A DNA stretch of 64,000 bases. Origin: Geosiphon pyriformis uo1. Its lineage: Eukaryota > Fungi > Glomeromycota. Position numbers and translations under genes: made by a program. Shown piece after piece: positions 14,327 through 27,300 of this stretch. The stretch is from contig JAAOMT010000617.1 in assembly GCA_016748015.1 (NCBI GenBank), forward strand, positions 690,635 through 754,634. Reading direction: 5' to 3'. Under the pieces are notes generated by a model. The model searched no databases and had not been told where the DNA came from. It saw only the letters and a program-made list of their open reading frames with translations. The number at the start of each line of letters is the position of its first letter. Within the stretch, counting starts at the first letter, position 1.

Positions 14327-17300
14327 ATTGTAAATAAAAAGTTGATCTGCTGGCTTTATTATAATATTTTTAGAAAAATTTTTGATAAAAAGCTTAGCAA
14401 AAAAGCCAAATACAGTTATTAGTGATATGGTTTTTGTGTCTAGTACTAATATAATAAACTATTGTATTCTCTTAGTAATAAATGTAAATTTTATTTAATC
14501 TATTACAAAGATTGGAAATCAATTAGCCTAATATCAAGAAAAGAGATAAAAAAAATGCAAGAGTTTTTTAAGAATGAACTGTCTAAGATACAATTATTAA
14601 TAGTAAAACAAAAAAAACTCTTTTTAGAAGAAAAAAAGTAAACATTAAAAATCTGTTGGTTAAAAACAGTTTAGTAATATCAAAAAAAAAATGATACTTT
14701 TAAGTAAACTTATATAATACAACATATTATTACTATCAAAAAAACTTATTTTATCTACTTAAAGCCTTATTAATCTAATTACTATAATAATAAGTTTATT
14801 AAGAAAGAAATAAACTGATGTTATCCAATAAAAATTAACAAAAATCAAAAATAATAATATTATAATATATTAAACAAATATTAAATAACAGTATAAATAA
14901 TACAAATTAACAAATAAAATTAGAAAATGTATCAAGCTTAACGTAAAGCTAATTATTCCAAATATGTACATAATAATATGTAAAATGTGTACAAATATAT
15001 TCAATTCAACATGATTATAAACAAATAAGTCAAAAAATACTTATAGTCAAATGGAAAACTTAATAGCTTAACAATTACTTACTAATTAGTTAAAATAAGC
15101 ATGATTATGTATAATTCAAAATATGTATATGATAGCTTTCTAACTAGAAAAAAAAAACAAGAAGAAAAAATAATAAAAAACAAAAAATTAATTAAACAAA
15201 AATAAAAAAAAGATAACAAAATTAAATTATAATTTTAAAAAAGCTAAACAATATGCTCTTTAAGCTTTGTATTATCTACTAATACTAAGATCAATAAAAT
15301 TGAAAACTATTTTTCTTATAATCTGGTCTTTTATAAACAACTTAAAAAGTCATTACATCTCTTTTACTATTGTCTTTTCATTGAGGAAAAAACAACAGTA
15401 AAAACATTCAATATATTAACAAAAACACAAATAAAATCCAAGTTTAACAAAATTAAAAACACATTAAAAGAATATTAAATACATAAAATTATTTAAAAAA
15501 TACTTGTAATATTTTGGCCAAAATTAACACTCAACTTAAAAATCCAGAACAAGCTTTTTATATTTTTAAAAAAATAATTTCTAATCAAAATTATTTTATG
15601 AATATTAATTTTATTAAATTCTACTTTTTATTTTAATTTCTTTTAAATTTACTAAAAATAAAGTACTGCTTTACTACAAGCAAAGAAACACAAATGTTTA
15701 ATATTAGCATAAAATAAAAAGAGTATCTTCATGAAAGTCTTAAGAAAAGACACAATTAGAAATATAAGAATATAACAGAAATTCTCTTTGAAAAACTAGC
15801 ATAGTAGTAACTATCAACAGTAAGTTTGATAGAAAAATTATGTCACACACCAAATTCAATAATAAAAACACTTACCAAAAAAAATTATTCAATACTTGTT
15901 AAAAAATTAGAGAAAATTTATTAAGCTAATTTTTAGATTCTTAAATAAAAAATAGTAATAATATATTAAATAAGAATTCAGCATAAAACAAAAACAATGC
16001 TAATCAAGACTGATATACTTATCTTTATGTCAAAATTAAATAATTCACTTTATCATTATTTAATTTAAAAAGCCATCAAAATTAATCATAGTATAATTAT
16101 TAAAACCAAGAAAAAACATTTGTAATACCAAATAAAAAATTTTGAATTTATATAAGAAACCAAAAACAAATAGGCTTTTTCAGTTGTAGTAATATCTAAA
16201 AAAAGTGAAACTCTACACTTTTGTGTTAACTACTGTTAATTAAATACTATTATTAAAAAAAACATGTATTTATTTTTCAAAATTAATGCAATACTAGACC
16301 AATTTAATAATGCTGTTTTTTTTTCAATTATTAATTTAACTGTTAAATTTTGACAAGTAAAAATGAATTTAGAAAGTAAAAAAAAAACTGTTTTTATTAC
16401 CAAGTATAGTACCTATAAATTTACAGTTATGTCTTTTGGTCTTATTAATACTCTTTTTATTTTTCAATGCTTAATAAACAAAGTATTTAAATTAGTAAAA
16501 AAAACTTTGTTTTAGTTTACTTGAATAACATAATAGTATACTTTAAAATCTGAAATAAATATCTTAAACATTTGCAAAAAAAATTTGATTTTTTTAGAAA
16601 TGTTGATTTTAAGATCAATCTAATCAAATTTTTTTTTAGACAATAATTTATCCAGTTTTTTGGTTATTTTATTATAAAAGATAGAATCTTCTCTGATTCA
16701 GCCAAAATTAAAAAAGTCCAAAACATTAAACAACCAATAAACATTTATGAACTATGCTTTTTTCTTGGTTTGACATCTTATTATCAAAAATTTGTTAAAA
16801 ATTTTTCCAAAATTCTCTTTCTTTTTAATTAGCTACTTAAGAAAACTATTAATTATTACTAGAGAACACATTAACAAAAAGCATTTAAAATCTTGAAAAA
16901 AAAGTTGGTTACAAAATTTATCTCTAAGCAACCTAATCTGAATTAATCTTTTATTTTTTACACTAATACATCTGGTTTTGGACTTGGTGCTATCTTATTC
17001 CAGAAAAATAGAAAAAAACATATTATAACTTATATTAACAGATTACTTTTTCCAGTAGAACAAAACTACTTAGTTACAGAACAAGAATGCTTAAAAGTAG
17101 TATAAACTACTAATTATTAGAACAAATATCTTCTTAATGTAAAATTTTTGGTGGTAACAAATTATTAAGTTTTGGTTTGGCTGTACAACAAAAAAAAGCT
17201 AAAACATAAAAAAATAACTTGTTAAATACTCTACTTGAATAAATTTAACTATAATATACAATATTACAAAAAAGCTTATTATCAAAATGCTAATGTTTTC

Positions 17301-17823
17301 TCTAAACTTATTATCTAATAATAGTATAATCTTTTCAAATTAAATTAATCCAATTATTAATAATTTTTTTTTAAACAAACACAATAATAAATTTAAATAA
17401 TTACTCTAATTTAATAAAATTTTTGAATAAAAAACAATATCCATCAAACTATACTTAATAAGTAAGAAAACATTTGCAAAAACAATCAAATTTTTATTTG
17501 ATTTATTAGAACTAATTATACAAAAAAAATTCTGATTACCTTCAAAGAGTTATCAAATTTGAAAAAAAAAAAATTGTAATCTATAATATATATATTAATT
17601 TATTAATTAGACATTTTGAAAAGATTAAAATAATTCAAAAAATTTTAGCTTATTATTATTAGCCTATTTTGAGGAAAAAAATTGCTAATTACATTAAAAC
17701 TTGTAATACTTGCCAAAAAAAAAAAGCTCAATCAAAAAGAAATATTCATTCAATTTCTGTTAATCAATTATTTAACAGAATTGGTATAGATATTGTTAAA
17801 TCTTTAAAAATAACTCTTAATAG
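14327..17823 (+). mobile_element. Ty3/Gypsy family-1 fragment H (PR-RT linker, RT, RNase H, IN N-terminus), very decayed
   Basis: Collinear with ~56055-58260 of copy A. Interrupted by the 14819-16127 insert and ended by a family-2 LTR. Confidence 0.85.
14819..16127. repeat. 1.3-kb insertion, probable solo LTR of a third family
   Basis: TGTTA...TGTAATA termini (TGTAACA with C>T). Flanks CTGA and CCAA both derive from CCGA. The host RT reading resumes exactly after it. No other copy in the window. Confidence 0.6.
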
Positions 17824-20258
17824 TATTATTTATAAAAATTAAGAATATTATAATTAGAAGAATAGCCAATCAAAAATAGACATAATAACAAAGAAATTCC
17901 AAAATTCTTCTGAAAAAATTGCAGAATTTCTCACAAGAAATTGCTGAATTGCAGAATTCCAAAATTCCAGGATTCTTCTGAAGGAATCACAAGGATTTCA
18001 GAAATCTTATATAATATCAACTATGTATATATAACAGTAGCATTAGAGACAAAAAAAGTAGATTCAGAATTTAGTTCATTTTTAGTTTAGTATTTCCTTT
18101 CTTAACTATTAATTAACTCTCATTTTATGAATAATTAATATCTACCAAAGTGAATTCATCAACAGAATATCAAATAAAACATACTTATTATCATTCAATC
18201 TATATTGCTATCATATGTTTAAGAATTTAATCACTCTTCTATTTATCAACACTTTATGTTAATAATATTCAATACTTAATTATACTGGAACAATAGCTCT
18301 TAATCATAACTATTAACAAAATACTAATTTTTTTTTCTATTTTTTTTATTTTTTATTTTTATTTTTATTTTTTATTTTTATTTTTATTTTTGTTGTTGAT
18401 TTACTAATTGATTAAAAAGATTAATGCATAGGATATTGATATTAGAATATAGTACTAGTAAAAAACCCAGAAATAAGAATAGATACTTAAAATTAAGGAT
18501 AACTTATCAGAAGATACTGGCCATCAAGCTAAGAAAAAAATTAATGGAATATAGATATTCTGAAAAGTGACAGACACCAAAACATACCAACTCAAGAGTT
18601 AGAAAAGAAACTAGAAACATTACAAAAGAATAACAACCATTGAATTTCTGCCTATTATACAAAAAACTTAACCAAAACCTTCAAATACAAAAATCTTCAA
18701 ATATTATTTAACTGTATAAGCTATTAAGTACCAAGTTACAGATTTGTTATTTATTTCTACCACCCAAATAAACATCTGTAACATTTGGTGCTCTTTGTAA
18801 GATATAATCTAGCAGAGAATTAGCATTAACAGTTATTATTCAAAATAGTAATAGAATCAGAAGAAACAGAGACAAACCACTTGGGATTTGTAAAAACTTT
18901 ATTTTAATACTATTAATTTTACCTAAAATTACCAATAATTATTGGCTAGCAGAATCAACTTTCAATTTTTACATCAATAAAAGGATTAAATCTCACTTAA
19001 GAAATCAAGGAAATCTGAAAACAGCACTTACCAATTTTTATAGTAAATTACTTCAAAGCATCATGTTTTTACAAAATTATTTGTTTGCCCCAATAATTAC
19101 AAAAATCAATAAAAAAATTAAGAAACATACCAAACAGAAATTTCCTATTATCTTTGCAAACAATAACAAAGAAAAATTACAAACACCAATAAGAACACCA
19201 AAAAACATACAACTATTAACATAGAAAAAACCAAGAGTAATTTTACCTATTCATTCATTATACCATCATACATCTAAAAGTACTATTAATATATTATTAG
19301 AAAGTACATTATTATTAACAAAAACACTATTAGCAAGAATAATGTTTCAAAATTAACAAAAAAAAGTCAATTTATTGGGAACCTATAATAATTACTTTGA
19401 AGAATTTAAATCATAATTACTAATACCATCAAAATTTTGATTATTATTATCTCAACCCGATTTCAGAGCTACCAGTTTGTGGAAAATAACCAATTCAGAA
19501 AAAAAGAAAAACAAAAATTAGGAATTTAATTATCAAAACCTGATCTTAGAAAACCTGGAAATCCAAACTCTGATTATTCAGGTTTAGCAAATTCTGAATA
19601 ATCCAAACCTAGCTTTTATTGTTCCTCAAAACTTATCTCCAGTAATTGTAATTGATTTACCACCAGTTGTACCAATCACAGAACCACAATAATAGCTGTA
19701 ATTATTACTTTAACAACAACAATAATTTTAACAACAGCAATTACAACAACTGTTATTAATAACATACACTTCTATTATCAAGTTAAAAAAATTTACTAGT
19801 AAAGAGAACAACACTTAAATCTGGTTCAACAATATTACCAAAGCAATCACAATTAATAATTGGGATGATGTCAGAACTCTACAAGCCATTTCATACTTTT
19901 TTTAAGATATTGCTAATTTATAATATCAGAGCTTAATCAATAAATTTGCCACCTTTGGTGTGTTTAAAACCAAATTTTTAAGATACTTTAGCAATAATAA
20001 CAGCATCAATTGCTTGGCAATAGTATTTACCACCATCAAACAAGATAATACTAAAACAGTTACTACTTATCTAGGATGCTTTCATAAAAATCTGCACCAA
20101 ATATAAGCAATTGATATAAATTACTTTACAGCACCACAGATTCTAAACCAGTTCATCCATAGTCTGCATAGTAGTATTCTATAATACATATGTTTATTAC
20201 ATCTACAAACACTTTAGAACACAGTTACTCACACCAGAGATTTTAAATTGGCCAAGCT
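17824..20258 (+). mobile_element. Ty3/Gypsy family-2 5' fragment I (LTR 17824-18783, PBS, decayed gag)
   Basis: LTR related to 39388-40280 and ends TGTAACA. PBS TTTGGTGCTCTTTGTAAG. Capsid-like remnant KLKKFTSKENNT*IWFNNITKAITINNWDD...AISYFF at ~19780-19900. Confidence 0.8.
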
Positions 20259-20259
20259 A

Positions 20260-23200
20260 ATTAGAACAATAGATCTAATAACAACAATATCCTTAATCAA
20301 AGATTTAATCATGCTAACATCAATTTTTTTAGAAAGAATTTTTAGTTAAAGCCATTATTTATTAGTTTTTAAACTAGTAGGCACACTTCCAAAAAATAAG
20401 AGTGCAAGCCAACTAGAAAAAAATCTCTTTTATGCTTTTAATTTAATTAATAATAACTATAATATGAATAAACTGGCTATTAAATTCTCTGAATTCACAA
20501 AAAAAAAGAAAAAAGCCAAGATTAATTTTGCTTTAAATCTTAACAAAGCTTTAACTTTTACTGTTAATAACAATAAATTATTAAAGATTAAAGTTTTTAA
20601 GAATTCTCTAAAATTAAAACCTTCAAAAATAGTACAAAAATTTGGCACTTATTTCATTGTTAAAAATCTTATGGAAAACCCAATTTACATTATTTTTGGC
20701 CAGTTATTAACTTATTTACAGTTCAGAAAAAATTTCTGTAAATCATTAATCCCAAAAAAAAACACCAAAAACTAACAAGCATTTTTAATAAACTAAACTT
20801 GTTAACAACAACAATATTACCTCTTTGATTTATAAAGCTTAAGTAACTGGTTATTTTATTGATCTAATTTTAGACAGTAAATTTTCTGTAAGTATTATTG
20901 CCAAATATTTTCTGAAAGCCATTAGTAAAAAAATTAATGAATCTTTAATTAGACTTATAACCAATGTGTATAATAACAAAAAAAAAATCTTGGTATTACC
21001 AAAGCTATTTCTGTTTATATTAATAGTATTAATATTAAAACTGACATAAAAGTATTTAAAGCCAAAAAATACACTATAATTGTTAACAATAAATAGCTTA
21101 AAAAAGCAAAAGCTTTACTTGATTATAAATTTTATAAGTTAATCATTAGATGTAATAAAAAGTCTATTGTAATTAAGTATTATTATTAAACAACTTTTCC
21201 AATACTTAAGCAAAGCCCAAAGAAAAACAATTAGATAAATCAAATAATAAAGAAAATGATAAAAAAGAAAATAAAAAAAAACAAAAAAAAACTACTAAAC
21301 TTGTCTATACTATTTTCACCAGTAATAACAACCCACTAAATAATGTTAAAGCTAACAAAAAAAAATTATTGTAAATAACAAGTTAATCTGCTGATTTTAT
21401 TATGATATTCTTAAAAAAACCTTTAATAGAAAGCTTAACAAAAAAACCAAATATAATTATTGGTAGCATAATTCTTGTGTTCAATACTAATATAATAAAC
21501 TATTGTATTTCTCTAATAATGAATACAAATTCTGTTTAATCTATTACAAAAATTAAGAACCAATTAGCTTAATACCAAGAAAAAAAATAAAAAAAGTACA
21601 AAATCTTTTTGAAAATAAATCACCAAAAATCTAATTAATAATAATAAAACAAAGAGAATTCTCCCCAAAAGAAAAAAAAATTGACATTAAAAATCTGTTG
21701 GCTAGAAATAACTTAGTTATCTTAAAAGAAGATAATACTCTTAAACATACTATTATTACTAAAGAAACTTGTCCTATCTATTTAAAACCTTATTAGTCTA
21801 ATTGTTACAATAATGAATTTATCAAGAAAAATAAACTGAATAAAAAATCTTGGATTCATATAAAAAACCAAGAATAAATAAGTTTTTTCAATTGTAATAA
21901 TATTCAAAAAAGATGAAATTTTATGTTTTTATGTCAACTATTGCTAATTAAATATCATTACTAAAAGAAATATATACCTATTTCCCAAAATTGACGCAAT
22001 ATTAAACCAATTCAATAGTGTTATTTTCTTCTTAATTATTAATATAACTGCAAATAGAGATAAATTCAAAAAGCAGAAAAAAATCTGTCTTTATTATTAA
22101 GTATGACATCTACAAATTCACAGTTATGTCTTTTGGTTTTATCAATGTTTTTCTTATTTTTTAATACTTAATAAACAAAATATTTGAATTGTAAAAAAAA
22201 TTTTGTTCTAATTTGTTTAGACAATATAATAATATACTTAAAAACCTGGGATAAACATTTTGAATATTTGCAAAAAGTTTTTGATCTGCTTAAAAATACT
22301 GGCCTTAAGATTAATTCAATTAAATTTTTCTTTGAATGTCAATCTATTTAATTTTTTTGTTATCTTATTACAAAAGATAAAATTTTCTTTGATTTAGCCA
22401 AGATTAAAAAAGTCCAAAATATTAAACAACTAATAAATATACATAAATTATGTTTTTTTTTTGGTTTGGCTTTTTATTATTGCAAATTTGTTAAGAATTT
22501 CTCCAAAATTGCCTTTTTTTTTAATCAGTTATTCAGAAAAAATATCAATTACTACTGAAGTATATATTAACAAAAAACATTTAAAACTCTAAAAGAAAAA
22601 TTGGCTATAGAATTTATCTTTAAGCAACCTGATCTGAATTAACTTTTTATTTTCTACATTAATGTATCTGGTTATGAACTTAATGCTGTTTTTTTACAAA
22701 AAAATAAAGATAGCAAAAAATATGTTATAGTATATACTAATAGAACTTTCTTACCAATAGAACAGAACTATTTAGTTACTAAGCAAGAATACTTAACAGT
22801 AGTTTGATTTACCAATTATTGAAGCAAGTATCTTTTTAGTATAAAGTTTTTGATAGTAACAGACCACCAAGCTTTAATTTGGCTATACAATAAAAAGAAT
22901 TTGAAACACAAACAGATAACTTGCTGAATATTTTACTTAGATAAATTTGATTATAATGTACAATATTATAAAAGAGCTAATTATTAAAATACTAATGCTC
23001 TCTTCAAACTACTACCAAATAATAGTACAATCTATATAAAACTGAACCAACTTAATGATTAATAATTTTTTTTTAAATTAAACACAATAATAGACTTGGA
23101 TAACTACTCTATACTAATAAAATTTTTGGGTAAAGAATAATATTCATTAGAATACATTCAACAGTAAAGAAAACATTTGCAAAAACAATTAAATTTTTAT

Positions 23201-24367
23201 TTAATTTATCAGAACTAATTATATAAAAAAAATAAAATAAATTTTAATTGTTTTCAGAAAGTTATTAAATTTAAAAAAAAAGAAATTATTATCTATAACA
23301 TGTATATTGATTTATTAATTGAATACTTTGAAAAAACAAAAACAATTCAAAAGACTTTAGTTCATTATTATTAGTTTATTTTGGAAAAAAACATTGTTAA
23401 GTACATTAAAACTTGTAATATTTGTTAAAAAAAAAACCCCTCCAATTAAAAAAAAGATATTTATTTAATCTCTGTTAGTTAATTATTTAACAAAATTGGT
23501 ATAGATATTATTAGACTTTTAACAATAATTCTTAATAGCAATAGATATATTATTACAGCTACCAATTATTTTATAAAGTAAGTAAAAATAAGAGTTACTT
23601 CAAATTAAACAGCAGTTTTAATAGTTAATTTCATATATAAAAATATTATTTGTTGTTATGATTGCTCTAAAAAACTTTTGTCTAATAAAAAAAGAGCTTT
23701 TTTTAGTATATTAGTTAAAAAACTTTGTAAAAAAATGGAAATACATTATAAATTCTTTTTTTTTATTACTTTTAAACAAATAGCCTAGTAAAACATTTTA
23801 ATAAAACACTATGTAAAACTTTAGCCAAAACCAATTAAAAAACAAATTTATAGAACAAAATGCTGCCTTTAGCTTTGTTTGTTTATAAAATTGTAAATTA
23901 TAACATAATAAGTTATGAACTTTTTTATTTATTTTATGGATAAATAGCAATTCTACTGATAGAAACAAATATTGAAACAATACTTTTTGAAAAAATCACA
24001 ATAGAAAATTACAAAGACATTTTGCAAAAAAGACTTCATACTATTTTTAACTTTTTGGTAAAAGCATAAATAATTATCTTTAAAAAAATAAAACAGTTCT
24101 AAAAAAAACTTAAGAAAAAAAAATTATAAAATATTTTTTTAAGTATTAGTAACTTAGTTTTAGAATACTGCTTAAACAAAAACAATGTTTATAGTAATAA
24201 ATTTTTTAGTTAATAAAAAAAATTCTTTATAATTAACAAAGTTTTAAATAATAGTTCTTATATTTTACAAAATTAATATAGAACAATCTTTAATAATTAC
24301 TTTGTTCATAGTATATAATTTAAAAAATATTATGAACAACTTAATTAATTATCTGTTGTAATAATAT
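20260..24367 (+). mobile_element. Ty3/Gypsy family-1 fragment C (gag C-terminus to IN C-terminus), very decayed
   Basis: Collinear with ~54940-59090 of copy A. Interrupted by copy B, and only a few bases resume after 32178. Confidence 0.87.
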
Positions 24368-27300
24368 TGTTACAGGTTGGAGTAACAAGCTAACAAATAG
24401 CAAGAGAGAACAGGATTGTAGGGTAATAAAAATAATCAAAGGGAATTCAACTTCAAAGAGCAAATTAAATGAGTATGGATTCAATGTGTGAAATCAGTCT
24501 CATAAAATATCTCAGTCACTATGCTTTTTAAAGTAACCAGAGAATCTGAAGGTAGAAGAATAGTCCATACTGTTAACAAATGATCACACTTGGTATAATT
24601 TTATGCTTCACATTAGCACTCTTAGAATTCAATATCAAGTATCAAATGTGCTCTTCAGTTATGTTTTATTCAATAATCTCCAAATGTTGCAATTACATGT
24701 TTTAGGAAAAGGCAAGTAAACACCAACAAGTAATCTTTTATCCCAAAGATGTTTAAATACTTGAAGGTAGGGAAAAAAAAATTAGCAATAAAAGAATGAT
24801 TGAGATGAAAGTTGTTATTTTATTTATTTAATTCCTTGATTTTTGACATACTTTTCTACAGCTAAAAGTTCATTACTTATATAGCTATCAAAAGTAGTCA
24901 ATGATCAGGTCAATGGTCAGATCAATAATCAGATCAATAATCAGGTCAATAATCAGGTCATTGATCAGATTAATGATTAGGTCAATGATCAGGTCAATGA
25001 TTAGGTCATTGATCAGGTCAATAATTATTTTCTAAAAATAGAGTGGCTAATTTATATGACATCAGTGGTTAATACATGTGATAATTAATAAGAAGTATAA
25101 GTTTCAACCATAACATCATCCTTTTTAAAGAGATTGAGCTCCAGCAAAATCAAGCTATTTATGGGGTAATCTATTTGAAGAGTTTTATCTAACTCAAAGC
25201 TAACTAGTTTGTTGAAGTCTTTTGTGAATAAGATATATAACACTTGAGGCAAAATGAGTTTTGTATCCAAAAAACCAAATCTTTGTATTAGAGTTTTGGC
25301 TCTTCTAACAATAGTTAAAACTCTTGAGACATCTAACCATATAATGCCCAAAATTTCTGCCTATATCTTTGAAGTTGTTTTCTTCATGAGTTTCATATCC
25401 TCTATGATTTTACCAAGATGACCATAGAGTTCTAATTGCCTTCCATACAACAAGTTTTTGTCTATGGGTAAGATTTCTTGAAGTGTTTTTCCAATTGTGT
25501 TGGAAGGTGAAAGTATAGCTGCTGTTATACTTTCCAACAGATATTTATCTATTTTACTATCAATTCTTTCTTTTCTGGTAGTGGTTTTCTTTGGTTTAAT
25601 AACAGTATATGTTCTACTGTTATCAGTTATGGTGATTTGTTTTCCAATGGTCAGAGTAGCATTTGGATAGTTTTTGATCCAATATTTATGAAGAATATAG
25701 AAAGTGTTTTGAATGTTTTGATCCAGAAAATAATTGTTCATGTCAATTGAAGATACCTCTGTTTTGGAAATGGTGCATTTATTTATACTTGATTTTTGCT
25801 GATCATTTGAGTCAGTATTATCACAACAAACAGCCAATTAGGTCGTTTATGATATTTTTTGAATCGTGTACCATGAACAGAACGATCATTAAAGATTGTT
25901 CCGAATTGATCTTGAAAAATATAAAAACCATTGTATAAAACTTTGTTGACTATAAAGGGTTCTTTTCACCAGCTAGAGAATTTATTACCATAAACATTGT
26001 CTCTGTCTGAACAATATTCTAATACCAAGTCACCAATACTTAAAGAAAATGTTTTATAGGTTTTCTTTTTCTTAAGCTTTTCTTGGAACTGTTTTATCTT
26101 TTCAAAAACAATTATTTATGCTTCTATCAAGGAGTCAAGAATGGTACCAAGTCTTTTTTGCAAAATGTCTTTGTAGTTTCCTATTGTAATCTCTTTAAAG
26201 GGTATTGTTTCAATATTAGTTTCTATTAGTAGTGTTGCCATGTGTTCATAGAGCAGATAAAAAGGTTCATAACTTGTTATGTCATGATTTACAGTTCTAT
26301 AAGCAAACAAAGCTGAAAGCAGTACTTTGTCCCATAAGTTTGTTTCTTCACTGGTTTTGGCTAGGGTTTTACATAATGTTCTATTAAAACATTCCACTAG
26401 GCCATTTGTTTAAGGGTAATAAGGGGAGAAAAGTTTATGACATATTCCCATTTTTCTACAAAGTTCTTTAACCAGTGTACTGAGAAAAGCTCTTCCTCTA
26501 TCAGACAAAAGTTTTTTGAGGCAGCCATAATGGCAGATGATATCTTCATAAATAAAATTGGCTATTAAGACTGCTGTTTAGTCTGGGGTGGCTCTTGCTT
26601 CTACTTATTTTGTAAGATAGTCAGTAGTTGTGATAATATATCTGTTGCCATCAGAAGTAATTGTTAAAGGTTTAACAACATCTATACCAATTCTGTTAAA
26701 TGGTTGACCAACAGAGATTGGATGGATATTTTCTTTGCAATTGGGTTTGCCTTTTCTTTGGCAGATGTTACAGGTTTTGATGTATTTAGCAATGTCTTTT
26801 TTTAAGATAGGCCAATAATAGTGAGCTAAAGTTTTCTGAATTGTCTTTGTTTTTCCAAAATGTCCAGCTAATAGATTAGTATGCATGTTGTAAATTACAA
26901 TTTCTTTTTTTTCAAATCTTATGACTCTTTGGGGGTGGTCAGGATCTTTTCTGTTTCTTTTATATAACTGGTTCTGGTGGATCAAATAGAAATTTAATTG
27001 TTTGTGTAAATGTTCTCTTTGTTGTCGAGTGTAGTCTGATGAGTATTGTCTTTTACCCAAAAATTCTATTAAGGCAGAATAGTTGTCCAAGTCCATTATC
27101 ATGTTTGTTTATGAGAAAGTTATTAATAATTAAGTTGGTTTGGTTTGAGAGATTGTACTGTCACTGGATGGTAAGTCTAGAGAAAATGTCAGCATTTTGA
27201 TAATTAGTTCCTTTGCAGTATTGAATATCATAGTCGAATTCATCCAGATAGAGTATTCAGTAAATTATCTGTTTATGTTCCAGATTTTTTTTATTGTGCA

